DNA of 64,000 bases from Syntrophorhabdaceae bacterium (GTDB lineage: Bacteria; Desulfobacterota; Syntrophorhabdia; Syntrophorhabdales; Syntrophorhabdaceae). The stretch is from NCBI GenBank assembly GCA_963665295.1, contig OY762209.1, positions 288,001 to 352,000 on the forward strand, in the 5' to 3' direction. The translations under genes were made by a program, and so were the position numbers. The notes under the pieces were generated by a model, which saw only the letters and a program-made list of their open reading frames with translations, did not search any database and was not told the DNA's origin. This document shows, piece by piece, positions 30,082 to 41,523 of this stretch (positions within the stretch are counted from its first letter, which is position 1; the number at the start of each line of letters is the position of its first letter).

Positions 30082-32892
30082 ATGACTAAGCATGTCTATT
30101 TTTTTGGAGGACGGAAAGCGGAGGGCGAAATGGGGCTCAAGAACCTCCTCGGGGGAAAAGGGGCAAACCTCGCCGAAATGGTCAACCTGGGCATCCCCGT
30201 TCCGCCGGGCTTCACCATAACCACCGAGGTGTGCGCCCTGTTCTACGACAACCATATGCAGTTTCCCCCGTTACTGAAGGAAGAGGTGCTCGCCAATTTG
30301 AGGAAGGTGGAAGAGATGATGGACATGAGGCTCGGCGATCCCACGAACCCCCTTCTTCTCTCCATACGGTCGGGGGCAAGGGCGAGCATGCCCGGCATGA
30401 TGGATACGGTCCTGAACCTCGGTCTCACGAGTTCGACGGTAACCGCCCTCGCGAACCTCACGGGGAACGAATGGTTTGCCTGGGACTGCTATCGGCGGTT
30501 CGTGGCCATGTATGGAGACGTGGTGCTCGGCCTTAAACCGGAGAACAAGGGAGAAGAGGACCCCTTTGAGATACTCATCGACCGGCGGAAGAAGGCCCGG
30601 GGGATAAGGCTGGACACCGAGTTCACCAGGGACGACCTGGAAATCCTCGTCACGGATTTCAAGCAGACCATCAAGGAAAAACTGAACGTGGATTTCCCTG
30701 AAGACCCTATGGAACAGTTGTGGGGGGCAATCGGCGCGGTGTTCAAATCATGGATGAACGACCGGGCCATAGCCTACCGGAAGCTGAACAACATACCCGC
30801 CGCATGGGGGACGGCCGTAAACGTCCAGTCCATGGTTTTCGGCAATATAGGCCGGGATTCGGGCACAGGGGTCGCCTTTACGAGAAACCCTTCCACGGGA
30901 GAAAACGCCTTCTACGGCGAGTATCTCCTCAATGCCCAGGGTGAGGACGTGGTGGCCGGGACAAGGACGCCCCAACCCATCAACAGGAAGCAGAAGACGG
31001 ACCCCGCGACCCCTTGCCTCGAGGAGGAAATGCCCGAAGCCTATAACCGGCTCCTCGAAATAAGGGCCACCCTTGAACGCCATTTCAAGGAGATGCAGGA
31101 CGTGGAGTTCACCATCCAGCGTGGGAAACTCTGGATGCTCCAGACCCGAAACGGGAAAAGGACCGCCTTCGCCGAGTTCAGGATTGCAGTGGACATGGTG
31201 AAAGAGGGACTCATCGACAAGGAGGAAGCGCTCATGCGGGTAAGTCCGGACGGTCTTAATCAGATCCTCCGTCCCGTCTTCGATCCGGAAGAGGTGCGGC
31301 GGGCCCTCAAGGAGGACAGAATGGTAGTGAGGGGCCTCAATGCGGGTCCCGGTGCGGCGACGGGAAGGGTCGTCTATAACGCGGAGGACGCGGAGGCCTG
31401 GGCCGCAGATGGCGAAAAGGTGATCCTCGTCCGGATAGAGACCTCGCCGGAGGATATCAGGGGCATGAACGCGGCAGAGGGGATTCTTACGTCCCGGGGC
31501 GGCATGACAAGTCACGCGGCCCTTGTGGCGAGACAGATGGGCAAGGTCTGCGTCGCGGGATGCGGTGAACTGGACATCAGCTATCGGACCAAAACGATCA
31601 GCATTAAAGGGAAGACCATCAAGGAAGGTGATTACATATCCATTAACGGCACCACCGGAGAGGTATTCACGGGCAAGGTGAAGACCATACCGTCGGAGGT
31701 GCTCGCAGTCCTCGTCTTCAAGACCATGAAAGCCGAAGATTCCCGGATATACGGAGATTTCGAATCTCTCATGAAATGGGCCGACGAGACAAGACGTCTC
31801 GGGGTGCGGACCAATGCGGACCAGCCCGACCAAGCCGCGGTTGCCGTCGCCTTCGGCGTCGAGGGCATAGGTCTCTGCCGGACCGAGCATATGTTCTTTG
31901 AGGGAGAGAGGATCGACGCGGTGCGGGAAATGATTGTCGCCCAGGACCTGGAAGGACGCAAGAAGGCCCTTGCCAAACTTCTCCCCATTCAAAGGGAGGA
32001 CTTTGCCGGACTTTTCACCATCATGCAAGGCCGTCCCGTCACGATCAGGACTCTCGACCCCCCGCTCCACGAGTTCCTGCCTCACGAGGAGAAGGATATC
32101 CGGGACCTCGCTGCCAAGATGGGCATTACCTGCGAACGGCTCGAAGCTACGGTGGCCGGCCTCAGGGAAGAGAACCCCATGCTCGGTCTCAGGGGCTGCA
32201 GGCTTGGCATCCTCTACCCCGAGATCACGGAGATGCAGGTCAGGGCCATATTCGAGGCCGCCTGCGACGTGAAGCGGTTGGGGATAGAGGTGAATCCCGA
32301 AATCATGATACCCCTCGTGGGCGATGTGGCGGAATTGAGCCTTCAGGCCGGGGTAGTGGACCGGACGGCCAAAGAGGTCTTCGCGGAACGGGACATGGCA
32401 ATCGATTACCGCGTGGGGACCATGATCGAAGTCCCAAGGGCGGCGCTGACGGCGGACGAAATTGCCGGACGGGCCGAGTTCTTCTCCTTCGGCACCAACG
32501 ACCTGACCCAGACCACCTTTGGCATGAGCCGGGATGACGCGGGAAAATTCCTGCGCCTTTACGCGGAAAAGAATGTGCTCGACTACGACCCCTTCCAGCG
32601 CATCGACGAAAGGGGCGTGGGAAAACTCATGAAGATGGGCGCCGAACTCGGACGGAGGACCCGTCCCAACCTGAAGATCGGCATATGCGGCGAGCACGGG
32701 GGAGAGCCCAACTCAGTCAAGTTCTGCCACCGCATAGGGCTCAACTATGTGAGTTGCTCACCTTACCGTGTCACCACCGCGCGTCTGGCGGCAGCCCAGG
32801 CGGCAATAGAAGAGAAGCGGGAGTCACGGGCAATCGACGAAGCGGACGGACAGGAGGATGCCGGGCTGAAGGCGGTGCGGGCCGCCCTTTGA
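30082..32892 (+). CDS. ppdK: Pyruvate, phosphate dikinase
   Basis: [34 protein letters not shown] (phospho-His), [10 protein letters not shown] and GICGEHGG, with an AGGAGG RBS. Confidence 0.97.
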   Translation: MTKHVYFFGGRKAEGEMGLKNLLGGKGANLAEMVNLGIPVPPGFTITTEVCALFYDNHMQFPPLLKEEVLANLRKVEEMMDMRLGDPTNPLLLSIRSGARASMPGMMDTVLNLGLTSSTVTALANLTGNEWFAWDCYRRFVAMYGDVVLGLKPENKGEEDPFEILIDRRKKARGIRLDTEFTRDDLEILVTDFKQTIKEKLNVDFPEDPMEQLWGAIGAVFKSWMNDRAIAYRKLNNIPAAWGTAVNVQSMVFGNIGRDSGTGVAFTRNPSTGENAFYGEYLLNAQGEDVVAGTRTPQPINRKQKTDPATPCLEEEMPEAYNRLLEIRATLERHFKEMQDVEFTIQRGKLWMLQTRNGKRTAFAEFRIAVDMVKEGLIDKEEALMRVSPDGLNQILRPVFDPEEVRRALKEDRMVVRGLNAGPGAATGRVVYNAEDAEAWAADGEKVILVRIETSPEDIRGMNAAEGILTSRGGMTSHAALVARQMGKVCVAGCGELDISYRTKTISIKGKTIKEGDYISINGTTGEVFTGKVKTIPSEVLAVLVFKTMKAEDSRIYGDFESLMKWADETRRLGVRTNADQPDQAAVAVAFGVEGIGLCRTEHMFFEGERIDAVREMIVAQDLEGRKKALAKLLPIQREDFAGLFTIMQGRPVTIRTLDPPLHEFLPHEEKDIRDLAAKMGITCERLEATVAGLREENPMLGLRGCRLGILYPEITEMQVRAIFEAACDVKRLGIEVNPEIMIPLVGDVAELSLQAGVVDRTAKEVFAERDMAIDYRVGTMIEVPRAALTADEIAGRAEFFSFGTNDLTQTTFGMSRDDAGKFLRLYAEKNVLDYDPFQRIDERGVGKLMKMGAELGRRTRPNLKIGICGEHGGEPNSVKFCHRIGLNYVSCSPYRVTTARLAAAQAAIEEKRESRAIDEADGQEDAGLKAVRAAL

Positions 32893-32925
32893 CAGGCGAG
32901 AGAGCGGTCAAAGGAGGGTGACGGC

Positions 32926-35900
32926 CTACCGGTCGAGCACCTCGCGGATCTTCCGGAGAAGCGTCACCGGGGACAAGGGTTTGGCAATGAAGTCGATCTC
33001 CTTGTCCTCAATCCCTTTGTCGAGGATGATATCCCTGGTGTATCCGCTGGTAAAGATGACCCTGATATGAGGCCGCAGCCTGTGAATCTCTTCGTAAACC
33101 TCCCGTCCGTTCTTCTTGGGCATCACGGAGTCCACGATAATGAGGTCTATATCCTCGTGCTCCGTGAATTTCCGTATCGCATCTTCGCCGTCCACGGCCT
33201 CGATGGGCTTGTAGCCGTATTGCTGCAGTACATCCCGTATAAAGTGCCTTACCCCTTCATTGTCTTCGGCCACGAGAACCGTCTCCGTCCCCCCCTTGAC
33301 GGGGGCCGCCTTCGGTTCTTCCTGGTCGGCGGGTGCCTTTATTATGGGGAGATAGATGTGAAAGACAGCGCCCCTGTCCGGTTCGCTGTCCACGGTAATG
33401 TACCCGCCGTGCTGTTTCACGATGCCGTAAACGGTGGCAAGGCCGAGGCCGGTTCCCTTTCCCACCTCCTTCGTGGTGAAGAAGGGGTCGAAGATGTTCG
33501 CCAGCGTTGCCTCGTCCATGCCCGTTCCTGTATCGGACACGGTTAATTCCAAATATTTTCCCGGTTCCCCGAACCCTTGGGCCCTCATCAACTCGCCGCC
33601 TACCTCGACCACATCGGTCCCTATGAAGAGCGTTCCGCCGTTCGGCATGGCATCCCTTGCATTGGTGATGAGGTTGAAAAGTATCTGGTCCACCTGCGTC
33701 TTATCGGCCATGACCATGGCGCCGCCCGCGGCAAGGGACGTGCGCAGTTCTATATCCTCGGTAAGGAGCCTTTTGAGCAGTCTCTTCGTCCCTTTTATCG
33801 TCATGTTTATGTCAAGGGGGGCAAGGGCTACCGGTTGCTGCCTGCTAAAAGCAAGGAGGCCCTGGGTAAGGTCGGCCGCCTTCCGGGTAGCCAGGACAAT
33901 GGGCTCCACGTATGACATCAACGGGTCCGTCTTGTCCATGTTCATCTGGAGGAGACTGCTGTAACCGATGATCGCGGTGAGGATATTGTTGAAGTCGTGG
34001 GCGATGCCGCCTGCCAGGGTGCCTATGGCTTCCATCTTTTGAGCCTGGCGAAGCTGGGATTCGAGCAGCCGCAACTCGGTAATGTCCTCGCAGGCCGTCA
34101 GGAAGTCGCCGGAGGCGAGCACCGATGGAATGAAGCTCACGATCTTCTGGGTCCCATCCTTGCAGGTTACGGTAAAAACCCTCGGTTGCCGGGTTCCCGG
34201 CTTCGCAGTTCCCGAGTCCTTGATCCACGTGGATATCACGGTATGCCGGTATTCGGTATTCGGATAAGCCTTTCTGAACCATGTCCTCCCATCGGGGATT
34301 TCCGAGAGGTCAAACCCGAACAACTCTCTAAACTTGGGATTGATATAGGTAAACCGGCCGTTTTTGTCAACGAGGATCATCCCGAAGGGGGCATTGTCTG
34401 AGAGGGTCTTCAGCTTGTCCCTCTCCGCCTGTAGCGTCTGTTCGCTTCTATGGAGGGCCTCTTCCGCCTGTTTCCGGTCGGTAATGTCCCTCAGAAACAC
34501 CAGGCTGTCAAAGCTGCCTTTATACATGATCCTCGTTGCGGACACATCGAGGAACATGGTACTCCCGTCTTTCCTTACTCCCTTGAATTCGTAAGTCGAG
34601 GGGACATTGTCGCCACGCTGCCTTCTCCCGTTGATGTCGATGACCCGTTCCATATCGTCGGGGTGGACCGTGATGGAATGGGACTTGCCGAGTACCTCCC
34701 CGGCGTTGTCGAAACCGAACATATCGACAAATCTCTGATTCACGTATATATGCACACCTTCCCCAACGATCGCTATCCCGTCCCTCGAATGCTCGACTAC
34801 GGTCCGGTAACGCTCTTCAGACTCTTCCAGGGCTTCGATCGAGCGCTGGCGCTCGGTAATTTCGTGGGCAAAGATGGTTACTCCCGACACCTTTTTCTCC
34901 TCGTCAAAAAGAGGATAGCAATAGTGTTCGAAAGCCCTCCCGGACCTCGTGTCCTCGAAATAGACCGGTCCGCCCGTGGCAATGACCCTGCGGTGCCGTT
35001 CTTTCCGGCGCCGGGCCACGTCAGGCGGAAGATGGTCATAGAGACAGGTCCCCACAAGCTCCGGGACCGTCTTCCCCAACCTCTCGGCCCCTACCTCATT
35101 GCACAACATTACGGTGCCTTCCGTATCGATGAGCACCATACTTTCGTGGACGGCGTCGAAAAACGCCTGGAGCGTCCTTTCTCTCTCCTTCAGGGCCTCC
35201 GATGCACGCCTGTGATCGGTAACGTCGCGGATCGACTCGATAGCCCCTATAATCTCGCCCCTCTCGTCGCGAAGGGGGCTCGCCTTACCCCATAACGTCC
35301 TGCTTTGCCCTCGCACGCAGGGCACGTCCGTTTCGGTATAGAGCGTGTCCCCGTCCTTCTTTATGAATGAATACTTCTTCGCAAAATCATCATCCCACAT
35401 AAAGAGGAAGTCCATCAGGATCGGACGTCTCTCTCCGTAGAAGGGTATGGCGTATTCATAGTTTCCCTTGCCGAGCATCGATTCGGCGGAAAAACCCGTC
35501 ATCTCCTCGGTAGCCCTGTTCCATGAGATAATTTCCCCCTTAAGGTCCATGGCAAAGGTGGCGTCGGGCAGAAACTCGATGATGTTGGAAAGGAGGCTCT
35601 CGGAATTCTTCAGCGCCTCTTCGGCTTCCTTCTGTTCCGTGATGTCCCGGAAGATCCCCACGGCATGCCACCCGTCCCTGAACCGCTCGGCGGAAAGGGA
35701 CAAGGCCACGACAATCTCCCTGCCGTCTTTTCTGATGGCCTGCAATTCAACTGTCGTTCCCACCCCTTCTCTATGGCCGGTGCTCAGGAAACCGGGATAC
35801 GCGGCCCGGTACGCTTCATGATATCCCTCGGGTGCAACAAGCTCGTGCAGGTTCCGCCCCACGGCCTCGACACTCGAATAACCGAACATGCGTTCCGCGG

Positions 35901-36852
35901 CAGGGTTCCAGTACGATACCCTGCCCTCGGGGTCCATCATCAGGATGGCGTCACGGGAGCTTTTAAAGAGGGTCCGGAACCGCTCATCGCTCTCCCTTAG
36001 CGCCTCTTCGGTGTGCTTGCGCTCCGTAATGTCAAGGATGGCCCCGATGAGCCCGCTCACGGCCCCCTCACTGTCGGTGAGCGCCGCCTTGCTGAAGATC
36101 ACATAACGCAACTCGCCGAGGGCGTTCTTCATGAGGGACTCGTATTGCTGCACTCCTCCCCTCTCGAAAAGCTCGTCATCCTTGGCGCGGTAAATTTCTG
36201 CGAGGTCCCGGGAATAGAGGTCGAATACGGTCTTGCCTATGAGCCGTTCCCTCGATTCGCCGGAAAACACCTCGAAAGCCCTGTTGCAACCACGGTATCG
36301 TCCGTGCCCGTCCTTGTAGAAAACCGGAATAGGAATGCCGTCGAGAAGCGCATTGAGAAAGCCCTCGCTCTCCCGCAGCGCCTCTTCGGTACGCTTCCGT
36401 TCGGTGATGTCCCGGATAATGCCTGCAACCCCCACAATCTCGCCCTCCGCGATCACGGGAAACTTGTAGGTTTCAAAGAACCTGTCATCCACCGGTTCAA
36501 CAGCGGCCACGACCCGCTTCTCCCGGATGGCCAGTCGATCGCTCTCCTCGCATGCGGCAGCGGCTTCCCAGGGCATAAGCTCCTTGTCCGTCCTGCCCAG
36601 GATATCGGCCTCCCTGCATCCGAAGAACCGGGCGTTTGCGGAGTTGACCAATCGGTAGCGTAAATCGAGGTCTTTCAGAAAGAAGAAATCCGGACCCGCG
36701 TCGATGAGGAGCCGAAGTCGTTCCCTGGAGGATATGAGTTCTTCCTCCCTGCGCACGTGCTCGGCATCGGATCGTTCCAGTTCCTGAATTCTCTTCTTCA
36801 GGATGGATATCTCTTTGACCAGTTCGGCTTCTCTTCCGGATGGATCGTCCAT
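32926..36852 (-). CDS. Multi-PAS hybrid histidine kinase/receiver
   Basis: About seven PAS units, QKMEAIGTLAGGIAHDFNN, PFFTTKEVGKGTGLGL and a C-terminal receiver domain. Confidence 0.95.
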   Translation of the reverse strand: MDDPSGREAELVKEISILKKRIQELERSDAEHVRREEELISSRERLRLLIDAGPDFFFLKDLDLRYRLVNSANARFFGCREADILGRTDKELMPWEAAAACEESDRLAIREKRVVAAVEPVDDRFFETYKFPVIAEGEIVGVAGIIRDITERKRTEEALRESEGFLNALLDGIPIPVFYKDGHGRYRGCNRAFEVFSGESRERLIGKTVFDLYSRDLAEIYRAKDDELFERGGVQQYESLMKNALGELRYVIFSKAALTDSEGAVSGLIGAILDITERKHTEEALRESDERFRTLFKSSRDAILMMDPEGRVSYWNPAAERMFGYSSVEAVGRNLHELVAPEGYHEAYRAAYPGFLSTGHREGVGTTVELQAIRKDGREIVVALSLSAERFRDGWHAVGIFRDITEQKEAEEALKNSESLLSNIIEFLPDATFAMDLKGEIISWNRATEEMTGFSAESMLGKGNYEYAIPFYGERRPILMDFLFMWDDDFAKKYSFIKKDGDTLYTETDVPCVRGQSRTLWGKASPLRDERGEIIGAIESIRDVTDHRRASEALKERERTLQAFFDAVHESMVLIDTEGTVMLCNEVGAERLGKTVPELVGTCLYDHLPPDVARRRKERHRRVIATGGPVYFEDTRSGRAFEHYCYPLFDEEKKVSGVTIFAHEITERQRSIEALEESEERYRTVVEHSRDGIAIVGEGVHIYVNQRFVDMFGFDNAGEVLGKSHSITVHPDDMERVIDINGRRQRGDNVPSTYEFKGVRKDGSTMFLDVSATRIMYKGSFDSLVFLRDITDRKQAEEALHRSEQTLQAERDKLKTLSDNAPFGMILVDKNGRFTYINPKFRELFGFDLSEIPDGRTWFRKAYPNTEYRHTVISTWIKDSGTAKPGTRQPRVFTVTCKDGTQKIVSFIPSVLASGDFLTACEDITELRLLESQLRQAQKMEAIGTLAGGIAHDFNNILTAIIGYSSLLQMNMDKTDPLMSYVEPIVLATRKAADLTQGLLAFSRQQPVALAPLDINMTIKGTKRLLKRLLTEDIELRTSLAAGGAMVMADKTQVDQILFNLITNARDAMPNGGTLFIGTDVVEVGGELMRAQGFGEPGKYLELTVSDTGTGMDEATLANIFDPFFTTKEVGKGTGLGLATVYGIVKQHGGYITVDSEPDRGAVFHIYLPIIKAPADQEEPKAAPVKGGTETVLVAEDNEGVRHFIRDVLQQYGYKPIEAVDGEDAIRKFTEHEDIDLIIVDSVMPKKNGREVYEEIHRLRPHIRVIFTSGYTRDIILDKGIEDKEIDFIAKPLSPVTLLRKIREVLDR

Positions 36853-37261
36853 CAGGCCTCCCTATGGTGGTAAACGACGCAACAACAAACCAGAGAATTG
36901 TCCCACGCACGAAACAGTCAACCTGCGAACCGCGGGCACACACCTTTCATTGTATACAAAGCAAGTTCGAGATGTAGCCCTCACTACATATTATATCGGA
37001 TAATTCCTGCATATGGTTTAGAAAAAAAACACCCCGGGAACTCCGTTATCGTCCACCGAAGACCACTATGAGTCTCCAGCGGGCCAACCTTCCTGTGCCG
37101 CCTCGCAGCAGGCCTTGGGGACGGGAACAATCGGGGCGAAAACCAGGATTCGCCCGAAAAGCGGGGCAAGGGACCAAAGAGCCGTCGTCATCATAATTCC
37201 TCTGCATTATCCGGACTGGTGTAGTATACTTTTAGTGATAGAAGGAATCTTAGGGGCGACA

Positions 37262-38485
37262 ATGAGAGAAGATGAGAATGCGAGCAGGGAACAGCTTCTT
37301 CATGAACTTTCGAAACTCCGTGACCGGGTTTCCGAACTCGAAGGCCTGGAAATCGCCCATAAGAGGCAGGAGGGCAGATTAAGGGAGAGCGAAGAACGTT
37401 TCCAGACGCTTTTCAGGCATCACCACGCCGTGATGCTGCTGATCGAGCCCGATTCAGGAAAGATCGTCGATGCCAACGATGGGGCCTCCCGGTTCTATGG
37501 TTATACGCGGGATCAGCTTCTTTCCATGAATATCAGCGTCATCAACCGGTCGGATCCCTCGGAGATAGCCCGGAAGAGCCAAAGTGCCAAGAAGGGGGAA
37601 CGTAATTACTTTGTGTTTCCCCATCGCCTGGCGGGCGGGGAGGTGAAGACGGTGGAAGTGCATTCCACCCCCATCGATGTGCAAGGACAGACATTGCTGT
37701 TTTCCATCATTCATGACATCACGGATCGAAAGAAGGCGGAAGAGGAGCTTCGGGGCTATCAGGAGCGGCTTGAGGCTTTGGTCAAGGAACGCACCGCCGA
37801 GCTTGAAAGAAAGAATGAATTGCTTACCCTGGAGATTGCCGAGCGCAAGCAGGCTGAGATTGCACTCCAGATCAGCGAAGGGAAACAGGGGCAGCTTGCG
37901 TACGAACTTGAAACCATCATCGACAGTTTTCCCGGCCCGATCTTTTACAAGGACGCGGAGAACAACTTCTTAAGGGTAAACAGGTACCTGGAAGAGATGC
38001 ACCACCTGGCAAAAGACCAGTTGGAGGGGAAGAGTCTCTTTGACCTCTACCCCGCGGATTTGGCGCAGGCATACTGGGACGACGACATGGAGGTTATCCG
38101 AAGCGGAAAGTCAAAGCTGAACATTGAAGAGGCCTGGAGCACACCCGAAGGGCCGAAATGGGTGTTGACTTTCAAGATTCCTTTTCTCGATAAGACGGGC
38201 AAGATTGTAGGTGTGATCGGCATCTCTCAAAATATCACCAAGAGAAAGAAGGCGGAAGAGGACCGGGAAAAACTTATTGTCGAGATCAGAGAGGCGCTCT
38301 CAAAGATCAAGACCCTGAGCGGCCTGCTCCCCATATGCTCTTCCTGTAAGAAGATACGCAACGACAGGGGGTACTGGGAGCATATCGAGATTTACATAAG
38401 AGACCATTCGGAAGCGGATTTCACCCACGGCATTTGTCCTGAGTGTGCGGAAAAACTTTACCCCGAATATCACAAGAAAAAGTGA
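37262..38485 (+). CDS. Two-PAS protein with C-terminal CxxC...CxxC domain
   Basis: PAS domains followed by LLPICSSCKKIR...GYW...FTHGICPEC. No kinase domain is present. Confidence 0.85.
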   Translation: MREDENASREQLLHELSKLRDRVSELEGLEIAHKRQEGRLRESEERFQTLFRHHHAVMLLIEPDSGKIVDANDGASRFYGYTRDQLLSMNISVINRSDPSEIARKSQSAKKGERNYFVFPHRLAGGEVKTVEVHSTPIDVQGQTLLFSIIHDITDRKKAEEELRGYQERLEALVKERTAELERKNELLTLEIAERKQAEIALQISEGKQGQLAYELETIIDSFPGPIFYKDAENNFLRVNRYLEEMHHLAKDQLEGKSLFDLYPADLAQAYWDDDMEVIRSGKSKLNIEEAWSTPEGPKWVLTFKIPFLDKTGKIVGVIGISQNITKRKKAEEDREKLIVEIREALSKIKTLSGLLPICSSCKKIRNDRGYWEHIEIYIRDHSEADFTHGICPECAEKLYPEYHKKK

Positions 38486-38828
38486 GTCCCGGCCATGTTC
38501 CAGAGGGAGGTCGGACGGGAAGCGGGACGCCGACCGTCACGGACTATTACCTCAGGTGTTGCCTTTTCCCATCTCGTGTATATATTACGATAAAAGAGCG
38601 TTGCATGCCCAAGGTCCGACAGGGCGTCAATGTCTGTGTATCATCGGCCCCTCAGAGGTGCGAGTAGGTGGCGAACCGGGTAATCCGGTCGAAGAAAAGC
38701 CCTTTTCTGCGGTACCTGGAATCCTACGACCTCCGCGCGTCCCTGGTTGACCTGAAACTCATTTTCCGACAGACCCGTGACTGCTGCTCTCTTTTTCAAC
38801 GGCACGGTAATCGAGGAGGGTAAGAAAA

Positions 38829-39476
38829 ATGAAGAAGGTAGCCGGGGCGGGATCGGGGAACGGGAAAGTCCCCATGGGATTTACCCGTGAGACGTTTCCG
38901 CGGGGCATTCACATGTGCTACATATACAGCGATGAAGTCGAGCGAAACAAGACCATCCTCCAATTCCTCGAGAGCGGGCTGGCAAACGGAGAAAAGGCGG
39001 CTTACTTCGCCGACGTGCCATCCATACCCGAACTGGAGAGATACGGGGATGCCCTGGGTCTCACCAGGCTCTGCGAGAAACACGGAGAGCGCTTCTGTCT
39101 GGCGACAACCCGTGATGTGTATTATCCCGACGGGACATTCGTACCCGACGAGATGCTCGACAGGCTGGACACGTTCTACACGGAAAGTATCCAGGAGGGG
39201 TTCACGGGGGTGAGGGTGGTGGGGGAGGCTTCCTGGTTGGCCGGGGGCGTGCCGGGCTCTTCCCGGTTCATGGAGTACGAAGCCCGCGTCAACAATCTGA
39301 AATGCCCTGTCAACGCGATCTGCCTGTATGATGCACACCTCTTTGACGGCGCGACGCTGCGTGACGTATTGGCCGTCCATCCCATGATAGTCGTCCAAAA
39401 ACAGATAGTCAAGAATCCCTACTACATAAAGTCCGCCTGGCTCTTGAGGAAATACCTGGGACTCGATCGGGGTTGA
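38829..39476 (+). CDS. Stand-alone MEDS-domain sensory protein
   Basis: HMCYIY, FLESGL..GEK, RVVGEASW, YEARVN, ICLYD and HP. Confidence 0.85.
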   Translation: MKKVAGAGSGNGKVPMGFTRETFPRGIHMCYIYSDEVERNKTILQFLESGLANGEKAAYFADVPSIPELERYGDALGLTRLCEKHGERFCLATTRDVYYPDGTFVPDEMLDRLDTFYTESIQEGFTGVRVVGEASWLAGGVPGSSRFMEYEARVNNLKCPVNAICLYDAHLFDGATLRDVLAVHPMIVVQKQIVKNPYYIKSAWLLRKYLGLDRG

Positions 39477-39610
39477 AACATACCCGGGCTTGCCCGCCAT
39501 GGCGGGGGTCGAAAAAGCCCGTTCTTCTATCGACAACTGATCGGGCGGGGTTCCATGACCCCGATACCCGCACGGTCTTTCCGGCAAGGGCCGTATGACA
39601 CGAAGCCCGG

Positions 39611-40414
39611 TCAGTCCTTGTCCGGCGCAGGCGCCTGACCCCGCTCTTCCTTTGGGACGATGAGGCCTTCCGACACCCGGTGCAGGGCATCGAGGAATCG
39701 GGCATAAAGCCCTTCTTCCTGTTCCTTGCCCAGGGCTGTTTCCGCGTCCCGGAGCCCGTGCAACTCGCGAAGCATTTCCGGACTGAGACCGAACTGGTGG
39801 GCGAAGGCCTCGATGATGTTCTTCTCGCTCCCGTAATTGCCGCCTCTCGCGGACAACAGGATTTCGAGGGTTTCGAAGAAGCGCTTCGCCTGTTGGGCCA
39901 TGATGGCGGTGAGTTGCTGCCCGTTGTTCACAAGGTAATGACGCCGCATTCTGAGCAACATATTCATGAGGCGCTGGCGGATACGGAGAAGGGCATAGTC
40001 CGTTTTCACTTCCAGGTCCGCCAGGAAGTCTATTCCATAAAGGAGTCTGTACCGGTTCTTCATGGCCATATACTTGAGCGGAAAGATATCGACGGTGGCA
40101 CGGACGTCCTCCTCGGTGAGAAAGAAGGGCGCAAGGCTTCCCTTCCGTCCTCGCGCCACAGGCTCAACAAGCTCCTTTAAGGCGGAGAGGTCGATCCGGT
40201 CGACGAGGATGAGCAGGTTCACGTCGCTCCTGCCCGGACGATAGGCTTCCGACGTTGCGCTTCCGTACAGGATTGCCGACTTGACGGACCCGTGCGGGAG
40301 GCCCCTCAGTGCGGAGAGAAGTTCCTCCAGGGCACCCCTTTCCTCTTCTCCCAGCTTCGTTCCTGTCAGTGCGCCATCACGTAATGAATTCATTTTTTCC
40401 CTCTCTTGTGTCAC
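39611..40414 (-). CDS. Nucleotidyltransferase-fold protein
   Basis: LYGSA...SDVNLLI (the second Asp of DxD is Asn), then DIFPLKY and LLYG.D. Confidence 0.72.
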   Translation of the reverse strand: MTQEREKMNSLRDGALTGTKLGEEERGALEELLSALRGLPHGSVKSAILYGSATSEAYRPGRSDVNLLILVDRIDLSALKELVEPVARGRKGSLAPFFLTEEDVRATVDIFPLKYMAMKNRYRLLYGIDFLADLEVKTDYALLRIRQRLMNMLLRMRRHYLVNNGQQLTAIMAQQAKRFFETLEILLSARGGNYGSEKNIIEAFAHQFGLSPEMLRELHGLRDAETALGKEQEEGLYARFLDALHRVSEGLIVPKEERGQAPAPDKD

Positions 40415-40420
40415 GGATAA

Positions 40421-41503
40421 TCACCCGCAACCCCCGTTCGCCGCGGCCCGGGGCACGTTCTCCTCCCTCCGGCGGGCCAACCAGCATCCCGGATCGGCGC
40501 AAAACGGTGAGCCGGTCATGGCGTGGGACAGGCATCTAAGCCCGCCCCGGCAGACTTCTGCGTAAAAACATTCCCCACAGCCCTCGGCGATCCGGTCCCT
40601 CTCCCGGAGGCTCACGAGGAAATCACTTTCGCCATACAGCCGGGCAAGGGGGGCGCTCATGACATTCCCTATGGGAACCGCCATTCTTCTGCACGGGTAG
40701 AGGGTGCCGTCCGCCCCAAGGGCGAGAAGGGTGCCTCCTGCCCCGCAGCGATAGGGCTCACCCCCGCCCACGATGAACTGGAGAGCGCGGCCCATGGCTA
40801 TCTCCGTGTGTCCAAGCCATGATCTTTCCGCCTTTTCTCTGGCCTTTTGCAGTATTTCAAAAAACTCTTTTGTCTCTTCGGGAGAAAGGGCCTTATCCGC
40901 CATGGCGGCGCCTCCGCCTGCGGGAATCAAGCGGTCCGCCCACACCCGCGCCACGCCGAGCTTGGTCCCTGCGTCGGCCACTTCTTTGAATTCCCGGTAG
41001 TTATCCTTGTGCGCCGTGAAAGAGATGTAGGCCCTCAACTTCTCTTTGCGTAAACAATCCACGCCGCGGAGGACCCGTTCAAAATCTCCCTTTCCCCTTA
41101 TCCTGTCATGGGTGGTCTTTCCGCCCTCCATGCTGACCTGAACGAAGGCCGGTTTCAACACCCTGAGACGGACTGCCGTTGCCTTGTCCAGAAAACTGCC
41201 GTTGCACAGGATCGCAAAGCTGAAGGTATCCCTGTGAGCCGACAGGGCCTCGAGGAAGGGAATAAAGTCTTCCCTCATGAAAGGTTCGCCGCCCGTGACA
41301 TTGATGTGTCCCCGCCTGATAGCCCGGGCCGCAAGGAGTTGCCTGTATTGTTCCACGACTTCGAGGAGTTCGCCGAACTTCAGCTCGGGGCCGGAATAGG
41401 TTTCCTGGTAACAGTGGCTGCACCGAAGATTGCAGCGATCCGTGACGTGCCATTGAAGGAGCAGCCTTCCCGGCCTTACGGGTCTTTTTCCCTTGTCTTT
41501 CAT
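40421..41503 (-). CDS. Radical SAM/SPASM protein
   Basis: QWHVTDRCNLRCSHCY and TGGEP, then SPASM CGAG...DGTLYPC...GN...CGEC.....CRGGLRC...DPGC. Confidence 0.93.
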   Translation of the reverse strand: MKDKGKRPVRPGRLLLQWHVTDRCNLRCSHCYQETYSGPELKFGELLEVVEQYRQLLAARAIRRGHINVTGGEPFMREDFIPFLEALSAHRDTFSFAILCNGSFLDKATAVRLRVLKPAFVQVSMEGGKTTHDRIRGKGDFERVLRGVDCLRKEKLRAYISFTAHKDNYREFKEVADAGTKLGVARVWADRLIPAGGGAAMADKALSPEETKEFFEILQKAREKAERSWLGHTEIAMGRALQFIVGGGEPYRCGAGGTLLALGADGTLYPCRRMAVPIGNVMSAPLARLYGESDFLVSLRERDRIAEGCGECFYAEVCRGGLRCLSHAMTGSPFCADPGCWLARRREENVPRAAANGGCG

Positions 41504-41523
41504 CACCCGGTCCTGGTAGTCTC

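Noticed and set aside
30748..32697. 649-aa minus-strand ORF and similar long antisense ORFs (5094-6530, 21398-23182, 53226-54761, 60800-62071)
   Set aside because: They are shadows of well-supported genes in GC-rich DNA and have no recognisable motifs.
38668..38705. GGCGAACCGGGTAATCCGGTCGAAGAAAAGCC resembling a c-di-GMP-I riboswitch upstream of the MEDS gene
   Set aside because: The GGCAAA and GACGCAAAGC cores are degenerate and I could not find the second stem. It needs an Infernal RF01051 search.
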